Assembly (NCBI GenBank): GCA_046758365.1
Contig: JBHIAC010000020.1
Coordinates: 1 to 34,011 of the forward strand
Reading direction: 5' to 3'
Length of the DNA stretch: 34,011 nt
From: a bacterium
GTDB lineage: Bacteria; Zhuqueibacterota; Zhuqueibacteria; Oceanimicrobiales; Oceanimicrobiaceae
This document shows positions 7,229 to 16,669 of the stretch, piece by piece; position 1 is the first letter of the stretch; each line of letters opens with the position of its first letter. Position numbers and translations under genes: made by a program. The notes beneath the pieces were generated by a model that saw nothing but the letters and a program-made list of their open reading frames with translations, was not told the origin of the DNA and ran no database searches.

Positions 7229-8976
7229 ATCCTCTTAGTCGTATTGTTGACATTTGGATGAGTTTGTTTTCCTTACACATGTTTGAAATTTCACTATTTG
7301 TTTTACTGGTTTGGATAATCGATAAATTCTTCCGATTAGAAACGCGCTTACGTTATCTGCTTTGGATTTTGGCCTTGGCAAAGATTTTTATTCCACCGGT
7401 CATTTCATTGCCGATTACTATTCAAGAGACAGTACCAGAGCAGGTTTTTTTATTGCCTATTATTACTGAGGTTCAAACGATTTATAATCATAGTGATCCA
7501 ATTTTAACCTCTCTACTTTTGTTTGGATTATGGGCGATTTGGACATTGGCTATGACCACTTTTATTTTATACAAAAACATCAAGTTTCGACAACAATTGA
7601 GTGATGCTGTGCTAGTTGATAATTCATTTAATTCTAAATCAAAATCAAACACGCTAATTCATGGAATACCCGTATTTATAACCCCTAAAATTAAATCGCC
7701 TTTACTCTTAGGATTCTGGAAACCAAGGCTATATTTACCGAGCGACTGGCAGAATTGGTCACAAAATCAGTTAAAGAGTATTATAGCCCATGAAAAAGCA
7801 CATCTTAACAATCTTGATATGTTAGTTCTTGTTTTTCAAAATTTATCTATCATACTTTTTGGAATAAACCCGTTTATTTGGTTAGTACACAAACGCTTAA
7901 GCCACTTGCGCGAGCTACATTGTGATGAAATCGTAATTCAGCGAACCGGCATTCATCCAATTGATTATGGTAAATTGATTTACGATTTTATCGAAAAACA
8001 AGCTCACCAGCCCAACCTCATATTTATTGGAAAATCTTTTTTTGAAAACAATCAATCCCTTTTTAGACGTATCAATCATGTACTAAATTTAGAGGAGGCT
8101 AAAATGAAAACAAAAACTATTTGGGACATTATTTTGCCAATTTTCTTAGGATTACTAATCCTCCCTTTTTCTTGGAAATGTGGTGAAAAGAGTTCACAAC
8201 CAATAAGTGAAAACGATTCTGAACTTAATGTTGTGCAGCCTCCATTAGATTATTCACAACAGAAAGGAGTTGTTTTTAAGGAATACGATAAACCTCCAAT
8301 GCCAATAGGTGGATTTAAAGCGATTCAACAAAACCTTCAATATCCAGAAATTGCACGAAAGGCAGGTATTGAAGGAAGGGTTATTCTTAATGTTTATGTA
8401 AATGAACAAGGTGAAGTTGAGGATGTTAAAATTGCTAAATCTATTAATGAAGGGCAGAGTGGTTTTGAGGAAGTAGCTATTGCAGCGGTTAAAAGTGTTA
8501 AATGGGAACCCGCTGAAAACAAAGGCAGTCCAGTTGCGGTATGGGTCGCGATTCCAGTGGTTTTCAAATTGAATGGTGATAAGGGTACTAAAACCTCTGG
8601 GGAGCATTATATCTTTCAGAGTACTAAACACCCTGATGTTGCAGTCTTTAATAAAGTTAATACAGATAATCCCATAGAATTTCAACCTTATGATGAACCA
8701 CCACAACCTGTAGGTGGATTTGGGGAAATTCAGAAAAATCTTCAGTATCCAGAAATAGCTCGTAAAGCTGGAATTGAGGGACGTGTGATAGTACTAGCTT
8801 TGGTGTCTGAAGAAGGAAAAGTCATCGATACCAGAATATCAGAGTCACTTGGTCAAAGCGGTTGCGATGAAGCAGCAGTAAACGCTCTTAAAAGTGTAAA
8901 ATGGAAGCCAGCGGTGCATAAAGGCGAGCCTGTAAAAGTTTGGGTAGCCGTGCCGGTTTTATTTAAATTGAAATAA
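7225..8976 (+). CDS. BlaR1-like M56 metallopeptidase fused to two tandem TonB C-terminal domains
   Basis: RYLLW, SPLLLGFWKPRLYLP, HEKAH, NPFIW and ELHCD motifs; two near-duplicate YPEIARKAGIEGRV...W.PA..KG.PV.VWVA.PV.FKL domains. Confidence 0.92.
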   Translation: MNPLSRIVDIWMSLFSLHMFEISLFVLLVWIIDKFFRLETRLRYLLWILALAKIFIPPVISLPITIQETVPEQVFLLPIITEVQTIYNHSDPILTSLLLFGLWAIWTLAMTTFILYKNIKFRQQLSDAVLVDNSFNSKSKSNTLIHGIPVFITPKIKSPLLLGFWKPRLYLPSDWQNWSQNQLKSIIAHEKAHLNNLDMLVLVFQNLSIILFGINPFIWLVHKRLSHLRELHCDEIVIQRTGIHPIDYGKLIYDFIEKQAHQPNLIFIGKSFFENNQSLFRRINHVLNLEEAKMKTKTIWDIILPIFLGLLILPFSWKCGEKSSQPISENDSELNVVQPPLDYSQQKGVVFKEYDKPPMPIGGFKAIQQNLQYPEIARKAGIEGRVILNVYVNEQGEVEDVKIAKSINEGQSGFEEVAIAAVKSVKWEPAENKGSPVAVWVAIPVVFKLNGDKGTKTSGEHYIFQSTKHPDVAVFNKVNTDNPIEFQPYDEPPQPVGGFGEIQKNLQYPEIARKAGIEGRVIVLALVSEEGKVIDTRISESLGQSGCDEAAVNALKSVKWKPAVHKGEPVKVWVAVPVLFKLK

Positions 8977-9043
8977 TTTGAAAGTCGATGTACAAACAGA
9001 CTTACATTAAAGACGATTTAATTCGGTGAAGTTGCTTTAAGTT

Positions 9044-10492
9044 CTAATCTTGCAGAATTAACTCCCCCCAAATGTAAGGATTTACATGCGAAAACATGGA
9101 ACTGTCCGATGCCCAGTACCATTCACATGAGGTGTTGGGATTTATTATTAGATTAAAAAGGCACCTATTACCTGATTCCATTTCCATATATTGTGCTGGA
9201 ATAAATATTTCTATGGTGTTTTTGTTGTCATTTTCAATAATTTTAAAAGTGGGAATTTGTATTTGGTTATAAGCAATAGGATAACTCCGTTCGAAATAAA
9301 ATTTTTTCCCTGACCTCATGAAATTCCAAATAAAGGCACCTTTTTCTAAATGAACTGTTCTTTCGTATTTCAATCCGAACATTGTTCTTATTAAATTTTG
9401 CGGTTTCTTAATAGGTTGCGGCCATACCAAATTTTGTATTAAAATTAAAAATCCATCTTCTACCCAGCCAATTTGTGCTATTGGAGAATCGCAGTGGTTT
9501 TGATTTGAATTGGATACATAATTTCGATTGAGATACAACATATTGTTTTTACTTTCCGTCCATTCTTTATTTTCACCGTCCAACTTAAATTTCGTAATTT
9601 TTGAAATCGACAATTTAGGTAATGGAGGTAGAAAAGAAAAATAGATATCAAGATAAGATTCTGGGAGTCTATAAATTTCTTTTTGTTCATTAGTAAATAA
9701 TATGTAGGTATTATCAAATGTAATTCCTTCACTTTGACGCCCTTCAAGGAGTATCCGTTTAAATTTTCCAGCTAAATAATTATCACTATCTTTAGGCTTT
9801 TCGAATAGGTAAATGTATTCATAACATAACAGTAACAACTTTTTACCATCTAAGGAAACATCGGCAGCCGTTACCATGCCGCCAATATTAAATTCGCTAA
9901 TCTTGGTTAACGTTTGTCTTTTGTGATTCACTAATGGACCAAACCGGTAGAGCGTTGTTTTGCGATCACTGCGGTGTTTTGTTAATACATATAGATTTCC
10001 ATTGGCCCAAAAAGTGGCTTCGCAGTCAAAATTTAAATTAAAAGGATTTGGAAATTGTTTTTGATCAGGAAATTGGAAGGGAATGCGTTTTACCACTTTC
10101 GCAAAGTTAGTTTCGTATGGATTAGGTTCTTCAACCACATAAATGGTAAGGTCTTTTCGTTTATTTTGATTATTTCCAATATCCCCAATAATAATATGTC
10201 CAGAATCATCCACTGCAATATCTTCCCAATCTACATTTTTCGCTGCAGGTATCCAAACCTGTTGAATCAGTTCTCCCTTTGCAGTGATTGCAAAAATCCG
10301 TGGTGTATCTCCAGAATCGTTGTGGGTCCAGAAAACATTTTCAAATTGTCGGCTTTTAACGATACCGGAACATTCATTAATAGCCTTTTCCGTGATCCGT
10401 CCATAAGGAACCCAAGAAAAATTGTCTTGCGCTAGCAGAATTGAATTAAAAATAAATAGTATCAGTAAAATTTTTTGAGTAAAATAAGCCAC
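9044..10492 (-). CDS. Secreted protein: beta-propeller (WTHNDSG/DWED type) plus a possible CBM9/DOMON-like C-terminal domain
   Basis: Signal peptide; ECSGI, FWTHNDSGD, NVDWEDIA, NFDCEA, VTAADVS and QSEGI motifs; C-terminal FKLDG..EW ... WGELIL pattern. Confidence 0.65.
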   Translation of the reverse strand: MAYFTQKILLILFIFNSILLAQDNFSWVPYGRITEKAINECSGIVKSRQFENVFWTHNDSGDTPRIFAITAKGELIQQVWIPAAKNVDWEDIAVDDSGHIIIGDIGNNQNKRKDLTIYVVEEPNPYETNFAKVVKRIPFQFPDQKQFPNPFNLNFDCEATFWANGNLYVLTKHRSDRKTTLYRFGPLVNHKRQTLTKISEFNIGGMVTAADVSLDGKKLLLLCYEYIYLFEKPKDSDNYLAGKFKRILLEGRQSEGITFDNTYILFTNEQKEIYRLPESYLDIYFSFLPPLPKLSISKITKFKLDGENKEWTESKNNMLYLNRNYVSNSNQNHCDSPIAQIGWVEDGFLILIQNLVWPQPIKKPQNLIRTMFGLKYERTVHLEKGAFIWNFMRSGKKFYFERSYPIAYNQIQIPTFKIIENDNKNTIEIFIPAQYMEMESGNRCLFNLIINPNTSCEWYWASDSSMFSHVNPYIWGELILQD

Positions 10493-10808
10493 TTGGAAAA
10501 CTAATTAAATAAGGTTCTTCCGATAATTAGTTGCAAATATTTAATTACAGCGATAATAATCATATGTGGATTAAGTGAGAGCATTTGTAACCACGAAAAA
10601 TTTTTGACAAGAAAAAATAAATTTTCATTAGATTTCGTGTTTGAATATTTTCACAGTAAAAATGACCGCAGAATTTTTAACTTTCAAATACTCAACAATA
10701 ACTAGAATATGCTATTTGTAATATTTCAAATTTATTTTAAATGTCTTTTAAATGCAAGATAAAATAAATGGGATTACGTGTGAAGAATAATGGAAATAGG
10801 CAATATTT

Positions 10809-12056
10809 CTAATAGAAACGCTTAATAACAACGCTGGCATTGGTTCCACCAAATCCAAATGAGTTGGACAGACATATATCTACCTTGGCCTTGCGCGGTT
10901 GATTGGGTACATAATCAAGATCGCACTCTGGGTCTGGAGTTTCATAATTTATGGTGGGTGGTAAAATTTGATTTTCTATTGTTTTAATACAGTAAATCGC
11001 TTCTATGGCTCCGGCGGCTCCTAGAAGATGTCCTGTCATGGATTTAGTAGAACTCATTGGTAAATTAAAAGCGTGTTCTCCAAATACCTCCTTCACAGCT
11101 TTAGTTTCTGTGACATCATTTAACGGCGTTGAGGTCCCGTGCGCATTAATATAGTCTACCTCCTCTGGTTGAATGCCAGCATTTTTAAGCGCATTTCGCA
11201 TACAGACTATAGGACCTCTTCCTTCCGGGTCTGGTGCTGTAATGTGAAATGCATCAGTACTCATACCTATTCCAATAATTTCTGCAAATATAGTGGCCCT
11301 CCGTTTTTTAGCAAATTCCAAATCTTCTAAAATAAGCACTCCAGCTCCCTCGCTGGAGACGAAACCATCCCGATGTAAATCAAAAGGACGGCTGGCCTTT
11401 TCCGGCTCGTCATTCCGCATTGAAAGGGCTTTTGCATTGGCAAATCCAGCCATGGCCACTGGGACCAAAGTGGCTTCCGTACCTCCTACAATCATGGCCT
11501 CCGTATCACCCCGCAAAATGGTAAAGTAACCATCAGCTATGGCATGAACCCCGGTTGAACAGGCAGAGACTACACCATAACTGGGTCCTCGTAGATTATA
11601 TTTAATAGCTACCTGTCCAGAGGCTAAATTAATTATAGCCGAAGGAATAAAAAAGGGTGAAATGCGGCTAATTTGCCCGCCATAGGCTTTCAAGGTATTT
11701 TGTTCAATGACTGTTATGCCGCCTTGACCGGATCCTATAATAACCCCAATCCGCTCTGTATTAGATTCATCAATAACCAATTTTGAATCTTTCATGGCCT
11801 CTTTCGTTGCCGCCATAGAGAATTGTATGAAAGGGTCCATCTTTTTTATTTCTTTTTTATCTATGTAATCTTCTGGATTGAAATTTTTTAGCTCTCCTGC
11901 AATTTTAACAGGAAACTCCGGGATATCAAATTTTGTTAACGGACCTATACCCGATTTACTGGCCATTACGTTATCCCAATTTTCTTGAACGTTTAGACCA
12001 ATTGGTGTAACCATACCCATACCGGTTACAACCACACGACGTTTTATTCCTCCCAT
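10809..12056 (-). CDS. fabF: 3-oxoacyl-ACP synthase II
   Basis: [15 protein letters not shown] (catalytic Cys), [31 protein letters not shown]. Confidence 0.96.
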   Translation of the reverse strand: MGGIKRRVVVTGMGMVTPIGLNVQENWDNVMASKSGIGPLTKFDIPEFPVKIAGELKNFNPEDYIDKKEIKKMDPFIQFSMAATKEAMKDSKLVIDESNTERIGVIIGSGQGGITVIEQNTLKAYGGQISRISPFFIPSAIINLASGQVAIKYNLRGPSYGVVSACSTGVHAIADGYFTILRGDTEAMIVGGTEATLVPVAMAGFANAKALSMRNDEPEKASRPFDLHRDGFVSSEGAGVLILEDLEFAKKRRATIFAEIIGIGMSTDAFHITAPDPEGRGPIVCMRNALKNAGIQPEEVDYINAHGTSTPLNDVTETKAVKEVFGEHAFNLPMSSTKSMTGHLLGAAGAIEAIYCIKTIENQILPPTINYETPDPECDLDYVPNQPRKAKVDICLSNSFGFGGTNASVVIKRFY

Positions 12057-12137
12057 AATATACTCCTCTCTCCAAGTTGATTGGGAAAATTAAATGGTTA
12101 CTATTACAAGTTCTAAATTGCCCGATTCTCTATTTGT

Positions 12138-12482
12138 TTACTCAGACATTATTTCATCTAATACATCAAAAGCATATCGTAAGTGAGGGATTACAATAGA
12201 ACCCCCTACTATTAATGCTATATTCATCGCTTCATACAATTCTTCACGAGTTGCGCCTTCTTCAACGGATCGGTCGAGGTGATAAAAAATACAATCGTTA
12301 CAGCGAAGTACCATGGAGGCTACTAATCCCATTAGTTCCTTTACCTTAGCAGAGAGGGCCCCTTCAATATAAGCCTTATGGTCTAGTGCAAAAAATTTTT
12401 TGTAATCATTGAAACCGCAGTTTAATATTTTTTCGTTCATTTCAGAACGGTATTTGCGTTTCTCAAATGCTGATATTTTCAT
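12138..12482 (-). CDS. Carboxymuconolactone decarboxylase/AhpD-like protein
   Basis: GALSAKVKELMGLVASMVLRCNDCIFYH (CxxC). Start moved to ATG 12482, which has a GGAG SD; the ORF-track extension reads through a MITE. Confidence 0.88.
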   Translation of the reverse strand: MKISAFEKRKYRSEMNEKILNCGFNDYKKFFALDHKAYIEGALSAKVKELMGLVASMVLRCNDCIFYHLDRSVEEGATREELYEAMNIALIVGGSIVIPHLRYAFDVLDEIMSE

Positions 12483-12505
12483 CTGGACTCCTATCTTATC
12501 TTCAA

Positions 12506-12615
12506 TAGACTTCTGCAAAATAGGGTGTACAACCTTTAGGTTGAGATTGTCATAGGCAGGCTGTAGCCTGTACACCCATTTTTAGTATACTTAAAATTAA
12601 TTTTACAGAAGTCTG
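12506..12615. mobile_element. 110-bp MITE with terminal inverted repeats and 8-bp TSD
   Basis: agacttctgcaaaat (12507-12521) / attttacagaagtct (12600-12614), 14/15. Perfect direct repeat atcttcaa at 12498-12505 and 12616-12623. Inner IR gggtgtaca (12523-12531) / tgtacaccc (12569-12577). Confidence 0.72.
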
Positions 12616-12690
12616 ATCTTCAAAAGTACTTTATAATGTAAATCGAAAGTAATAAAAAGTCAAGATATAATAATATTATGTATTTTTTTC

Positions 12691-12719
12691 TTGATTTTAC
12701 TCTTTGAATCTATTATTTT
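12691..12719 (+). promoter_or_regulatory. Putative sigma70 promoter for the acyl-CoA ligase leader
   Basis: TTGATT (12691-12696), 17-nt spacer, TATTTT (12714-12719). The context is AT-rich, so support is weak. Confidence 0.4.
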
Positions 12720-12743
12720 TTAAATATTTATCTTAAATAATGT

Positions 12744-12901
12744 CTGAACGATAAGCTCCCCCGTTCTTCCTTAAATTTAATCAGCAAGGAACGTCGGGGC
12801 CGGCGTATTCAGTGATTGTTTTTGCTCGGAGTGAGGACGCCCTCCGGGGCAAACGATATCTATTTTGCATTATTTGAAAGCGATTTCTACCTCCGCGAGG
12901 T
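12744..12901 (+). ncRNA. Candidate structured 5' leader (cis-regulatory RNA), family not recognised
   Basis: GC-rich island in an AT-rich spacer. Hairpin 1 at 12744-12812 (ctgaa/ttcag, gctccc/ggggc, cgttctt/aaggaacg); hairpin 2 at 12815-12857 (ttgctcggag/ctccggggcaa); hairpin 3 acctc-cgc-gaggt at 12889-12901 covers the SD. Confidence 0.5.
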
Positions 12902-12905
12902 TTTT

Positions 12906-14690
12906 ATGGGCCTTGAAACATTGAGCCAGCTTTTTAAATTCAACGTAACGCAGTATAATAAACCAGACTTGCTGATATATCGAGGTCATGACGGTGATTT
13001 TTACAACATTTCAAGTAATGAATTTAAAGACAGGGTAGTCTTTTTTGCATTAGGACTTAAGGAATTAGGGGTGAAATCTTATACAAAATTAATTTTACTA
13101 TCAGAAAACCGTCCAGAATGGCACATTATTGATTTTTCCTGTCATCTTCTAAACGCGGTCGTAGTACCCATATTCCCTACTTTAGTTGCTGAACAAATTG
13201 AATATATTATACAAAATAGTGAAAGTGAATTGATAGTGATTTCTACTGAAGCACAGGCAGCAAAGATTCATCAGATCCGTAATAAAATTAAGAAAGTTAA
13301 GCATATTGTGGCAATAGAGCCAGAGGCAGTTAAAAGAGAAATAATTAACTTTGAGAGTGTATTGAAAAATGGTAGCGAACAAGACGATACAAAATTTTTA
13401 GATGAAGCATTAAATGAGGCTAAACCAGATGTTATTGCTACCATCATCTACACCTCGGGCACTACTGGATTACCCAAAGGTGTCATGTTGAGTCATAAAA
13501 ATGTTGTATCCAACTTTTTAGCCTGTTCTGAAGTTCTTGAAGTTGGCACCTCAGATCGGGGGCTTTCCTTTCTTCCGCTGTCCCATGCTTTTGAAAGAAC
13601 TGTAGATTATCTCTACTTCTATCGAGGGGCCAGCATTGTATATTCTAAAATGGAGATGGTGGCTCAGGATTTAGAGGAATCGAAACCTACCATTATGGCG
13701 GCGGTACCAAGATTTTATGAAAAAGTAAAATCTCAAATTGAAGCTAAAGTGGAGGAGGAGGGAGGGCTTAAAAAGAAAATATTTGATTGGGCTTTAAAAG
13801 TAGGCAAAGAGAAAGCTGAATGTAGTTTGATGGGTAAAAATGGTGGGATTTTTCTAAATATTAAATATTGCTTAGCTGATCAATTAGTCTTTTCTAAAAT
13901 AAAAGCCCTTACAGGTGGAAACATGAAATATTTTATTTCTGGGGGTGCACCTCTCTCACCAGAAGTTGCTTATTTCTTTTATTCGGTTGGGTTAATAATT
14001 TTAGAAGGATATGGCCTCACAGAGACATCGCCGGTAATTACGGTTAATCCTCCTGACAAACTAAAACTCGAGACCGTCGGCAAAGCTTTACCGGGGGTCG
14101 AAGTTAAAATAGCTGACGATGGTGAAATATTAACTCGAGGCCCCCATGTTATGATGGGATACTATAAGATGCCTGCGGAAACTAAAGAAGTATTGGTAGA
14201 GGGTTGGTTTCCTACTGGGGATATCGGGCAATTGGACACAGAAGGTTATCTATCAATTACGGATCGGAAAAAGCAGCTTTTAGTAACTTCCGTAGGTAAA
14301 AAAGTGGCCCCGCAATCAATTGAAATAGAAGTGGAAAATAGTAAATACATCGATCAGGTGGTGTTAATTGGTGAAGGACGAAAGTTTATCAGCGCTTTGA
14401 TTGTACCCAATTTTGAAGTGCTTAGAAATTATGCAAAAGAGAAACATTTAGTCGCGTATGGAAATGAAGCATTAATTAATAATCCAGCAATTCTTGAATT
14501 AATCCAACAAGAAGTGGATGAGCATCAAATGAAGTTTTCTGACTATGAAAAGATTCGCAAATTTCGCTTACTCCCCAAAGCTTTTACGATTGAAAATGGC
14601 CAACTCACCCCTACCTTGAAGGTTAAGCGACGCATTGTGGAACAAGAGTACGCTGATCTTATCGAAGAAATGTATGCGACTTACGATTAA
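12906..14690 (+). CDS. fadD: Long-chain fatty acid-CoA ligase (FAA1/FadD15-like AMP-binding enzyme)
   Basis: IIYTSGTTGLPKGV, LSFLPLSHAFER, EGYGLTET, TGDIG and LTPTLKVKR motifs; GAGG SD before ATG 12906. Confidence 0.92.
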   Translation: MGLETLSQLFKFNVTQYNKPDLLIYRGHDGDFYNISSNEFKDRVVFFALGLKELGVKSYTKLILLSENRPEWHIIDFSCHLLNAVVVPIFPTLVAEQIEYIIQNSESELIVISTEAQAAKIHQIRNKIKKVKHIVAIEPEAVKREIINFESVLKNGSEQDDTKFLDEALNEAKPDVIATIIYTSGTTGLPKGVMLSHKNVVSNFLACSEVLEVGTSDRGLSFLPLSHAFERTVDYLYFYRGASIVYSKMEMVAQDLEESKPTIMAAVPRFYEKVKSQIEAKVEEEGGLKKKIFDWALKVGKEKAECSLMGKNGGIFLNIKYCLADQLVFSKIKALTGGNMKYFISGGAPLSPEVAYFFYSVGLIILEGYGLTETSPVITVNPPDKLKLETVGKALPGVEVKIADDGEILTRGPHVMMGYYKMPAETKEVLVEGWFPTGDIGQLDTEGYLSITDRKKQLLVTSVGKKVAPQSIEIEVENSKYIDQVVLIGEGRKFISALIVPNFEVLRNYAKEKHLVAYGNEALINNPAILELIQQEVDEHQMKFSDYEKIRKFRLLPKAFTIENGQLTPTLKVKRRIVEQEYADLIEEMYATYD

Positions 14691-14950
14691 TCAGAATTTG
14701 TTAGAAAAGTTGGAGTTTCAATGCTCACCCCGGAGGGTATTGTTAATATAAAAGAGGTAAGCATGGGAGGGGAGGATTTTTATGGTATTTAACTAAAGCC
14801 CCCGGCGTTTTAATACGTTTAGGCGTGTGGAACGATTCTGAAGAGATTAAATTTTTACATACAAACAAATTTGATATAGACGAACAAGCAATTCCTTTTG
14901 GTATTGCCGTTATGACTATGGTTGTGGTGAAATACCTTTTGGAAAATAAT
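14691..14950 (+). pseudogene. 5'-truncated, frameshifted C-terminal remnant of an M20D amidohydrolase
   Basis: SEFVRKVGVSMLTPEGIVNIKEVSMGGEDF (14691-14780), then a 1-nt shift to WYLTKAPGVLIRLGVWNDSEEIKFLHTNKFDIDEQAIPFGIAVM (from 14783). This matches the SMGGEDF...PG...LG...LH...FDIDE..L..G signature. Confidence 0.8.
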
Positions 14951-15155
14951 GCGAATTTGGTTAATCAGTTAATATATCCAGTATCTTTAGCCTATCTTTA
15001 CTATCTTACAGAATGTAAATCCTCTCGGTCGTCATATTGGCAGAGATTACCGAGAATAGATTGCATTTCGATTTTATTCAAACCTTGCAATTTAATTGAA
15101 AGATATTTATATTAGTTTGAAACATGTCCATTCGTAAAATGAATTATTATTAATC

Positions 15156-15260
15156 TAAAAGCTGACCTTCTTATTTTATGAAAATTATATTGATTATTAT
15201 TGAATTACAAAAAATATCAAATCGATTTTTAAATAAGAATTAAAAGAAGGTCAGCTTTTA
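15156..15260. repeat. Perfect 17-bp inverted repeat enclosing a 71-nt AT-rich spacer, directly upstream of tilS
   Basis: taaaagctgaccttctt (15156-15172) / aagaaggtcagctttta (15244-15260). Confidence 0.75.
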
Positions 15261-15274
15261 CACCTTAATTAAAT

Positions 15275-16669
15275 ATGGAATTAATAGAAAAATTTAAAAC
15301 AAATCTCATTTTAAATAATTTGCTCAAAAATGATGATCAATTATTATTAGCTGTTTCAGGCGGTTTGGATTCCACAGCACTTCTGGACTTTTTTTCTAGA
15401 ATCAAGAATTCATTTAATTTAAGTTTAGGTATTGTCCATGTTCATCACGGAATTAGAGGTGAGGAAGCAGATGACGATTTAGAATTTGTTCGTTCTTTAT
15501 CAGATAAGTACAACTTACCCTTTTATTTCAAAAAGGTAGATGCCATAAAGTTTGCTCGTAAACAAAGATGTTCACTGGAAGAAAGTGCTCGGATTTTACG
15601 TTATCAAGTTTATGAAGAGTTTTTAAAGGAAAACCAATATTCCAAATTAGCTACTGGGCACACCGCAGATGATCAGGCTGAAACTATTTTGGATCATTTT
15701 TTTCGAGGATCAGGAATTCTTGGTATGAGAGGAATATCAATTCTAAGAGGACCCTACATTCGTCCACTTTTGTGTTTCAGTCGCAAAGAGTTAGAATTGT
15801 ATGTGCAACAAAATGGAATAGATTATCGAGAAGATTCATCAAATAGTGATTTGAAATATAGAAGAAATCGAATTCGAAAGGAACTCATTCCATACTTAAA
15901 AGAACATTTTAATCAAAATTTAATTAATACACTTAGCCATACAGGGGAAATTTTTGAGGAAAATGAACAGTTTTTAAGGAGCTATGCAAACGAGGCCTAT
16001 AAGTCATTGGTTTTGATTCGTAAAAAAGATAAAATAATTCTTGATATTGAAGGATTTTTAAATTATTTTATAATTGTTAGAAAGTATATACTTTTCCGAG
16101 CCTGTGAGGAGCTTTCGATTAGACGCAATTTATTAAATTATAACAAATTGCAAAGAATTCTTACTGTGATTAGTCATAGAAAGATTGGCAAGAGAGTTTC
16201 TATTAATCAAGAATGGCAAATACTCATTGATCATGATGGTATAGTTATTAATAAAAAAAAGGAACTTATTGCCAAAATAAAGTTCAATGTGTTAGAAGAA
16301 GACTCTTTGCTGTTTCAGGATTACGAGTTTCGCTGGTCAATTTTTAACAATTCCAATCTCATTGCTTTTGAGAGAAATCCTAAAATTGAATTTGTGGACT
16401 TTGATCGAACTGGAAGTCAGCTATATCTCAGAAACTTTCTTCCAGGGGATCGATTTATCCCATTAAATTTTACTGGTCATAAAAGGGTGGCCGATTATTT
16501 TTCAGATCGAAAGGTTCCCCATCATTTACGTAATGAAATACCTATTTTGGAATCATCTCAAGGGATCGTTTGGGTGTGTGGATACTGTCTCGATAATCGC
16601 TTCAAAGTTACTGAACATACAAGTCATTTATTGAAGTTGGAAATGGTCGAAGTATCCAATGTATCTTGA
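15275..16669 (+). CDS. tilS: tRNA(Ile)-lysidine synthetase
   Basis: LAVSGGLDS PP-loop, HVHHGIRG, TGHTADDQAET, IRPLL, EDSSN, RNRIR; C-terminal TilS_C region. Confidence 0.96.
   Translation: MELIEKFKTNLILNNLLKNDDQLLLAVSGGLDSTALLDFFSRIKNSFNLSLGIVHVHHGIRGEEADDDLEFVRSLSDKYNLPFYFKKVDAIKFARKQRCSLEESARILRYQVYEEFLKENQYSKLATGHTADDQAETILDHFFRGSGILGMRGISILRGPYIRPLLCFSRKELELYVQQNGIDYREDSSNSDLKYRRNRIRKELIPYLKEHFNQNLINTLSHTGEIFEENEQFLRSYANEAYKSLVLIRKKDKIILDIEGFLNYFIIVRKYILFRACEELSIRRNLLNYNKLQRILTVISHRKIGKRVSINQEWQILIDHDGIVINKKKELIAKIKFNVLEEDSLLFQDYEFRWSIFNNSNLIAFERNPKIEFVDFDRTGSQLYLRNFLPGDRFIPLNFTGHKRVADYFSDRKVPHHLRNEIPILESSQGIVWVCGYCLDNRFKVTEHTSHLLKLEMVEVSNVS

Noticed and set aside
12483..12575. N-terminal extension of the CMD ORF
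   Set aside because: It reads through the MITE; the SD-supported ATG is at 12482.
12744..12857. c-di-AMP (ydaO) riboswitch or SRP RNA
   Set aside because: The diagnostic consensus segments could not be matched by eye; kept only as an unassigned structured leader.
12816..12905. N-terminal extension of fadD from TTG 12816
   Set aside because: It lies in the structured leader; the SD-supported ATG is at 12906.
14825..15115. 96-aa ORF as an independent gene
   Set aside because: The first ~42 aa are the frameshifted tail of an M20D amidohydrolase and the rest looks like read-through.
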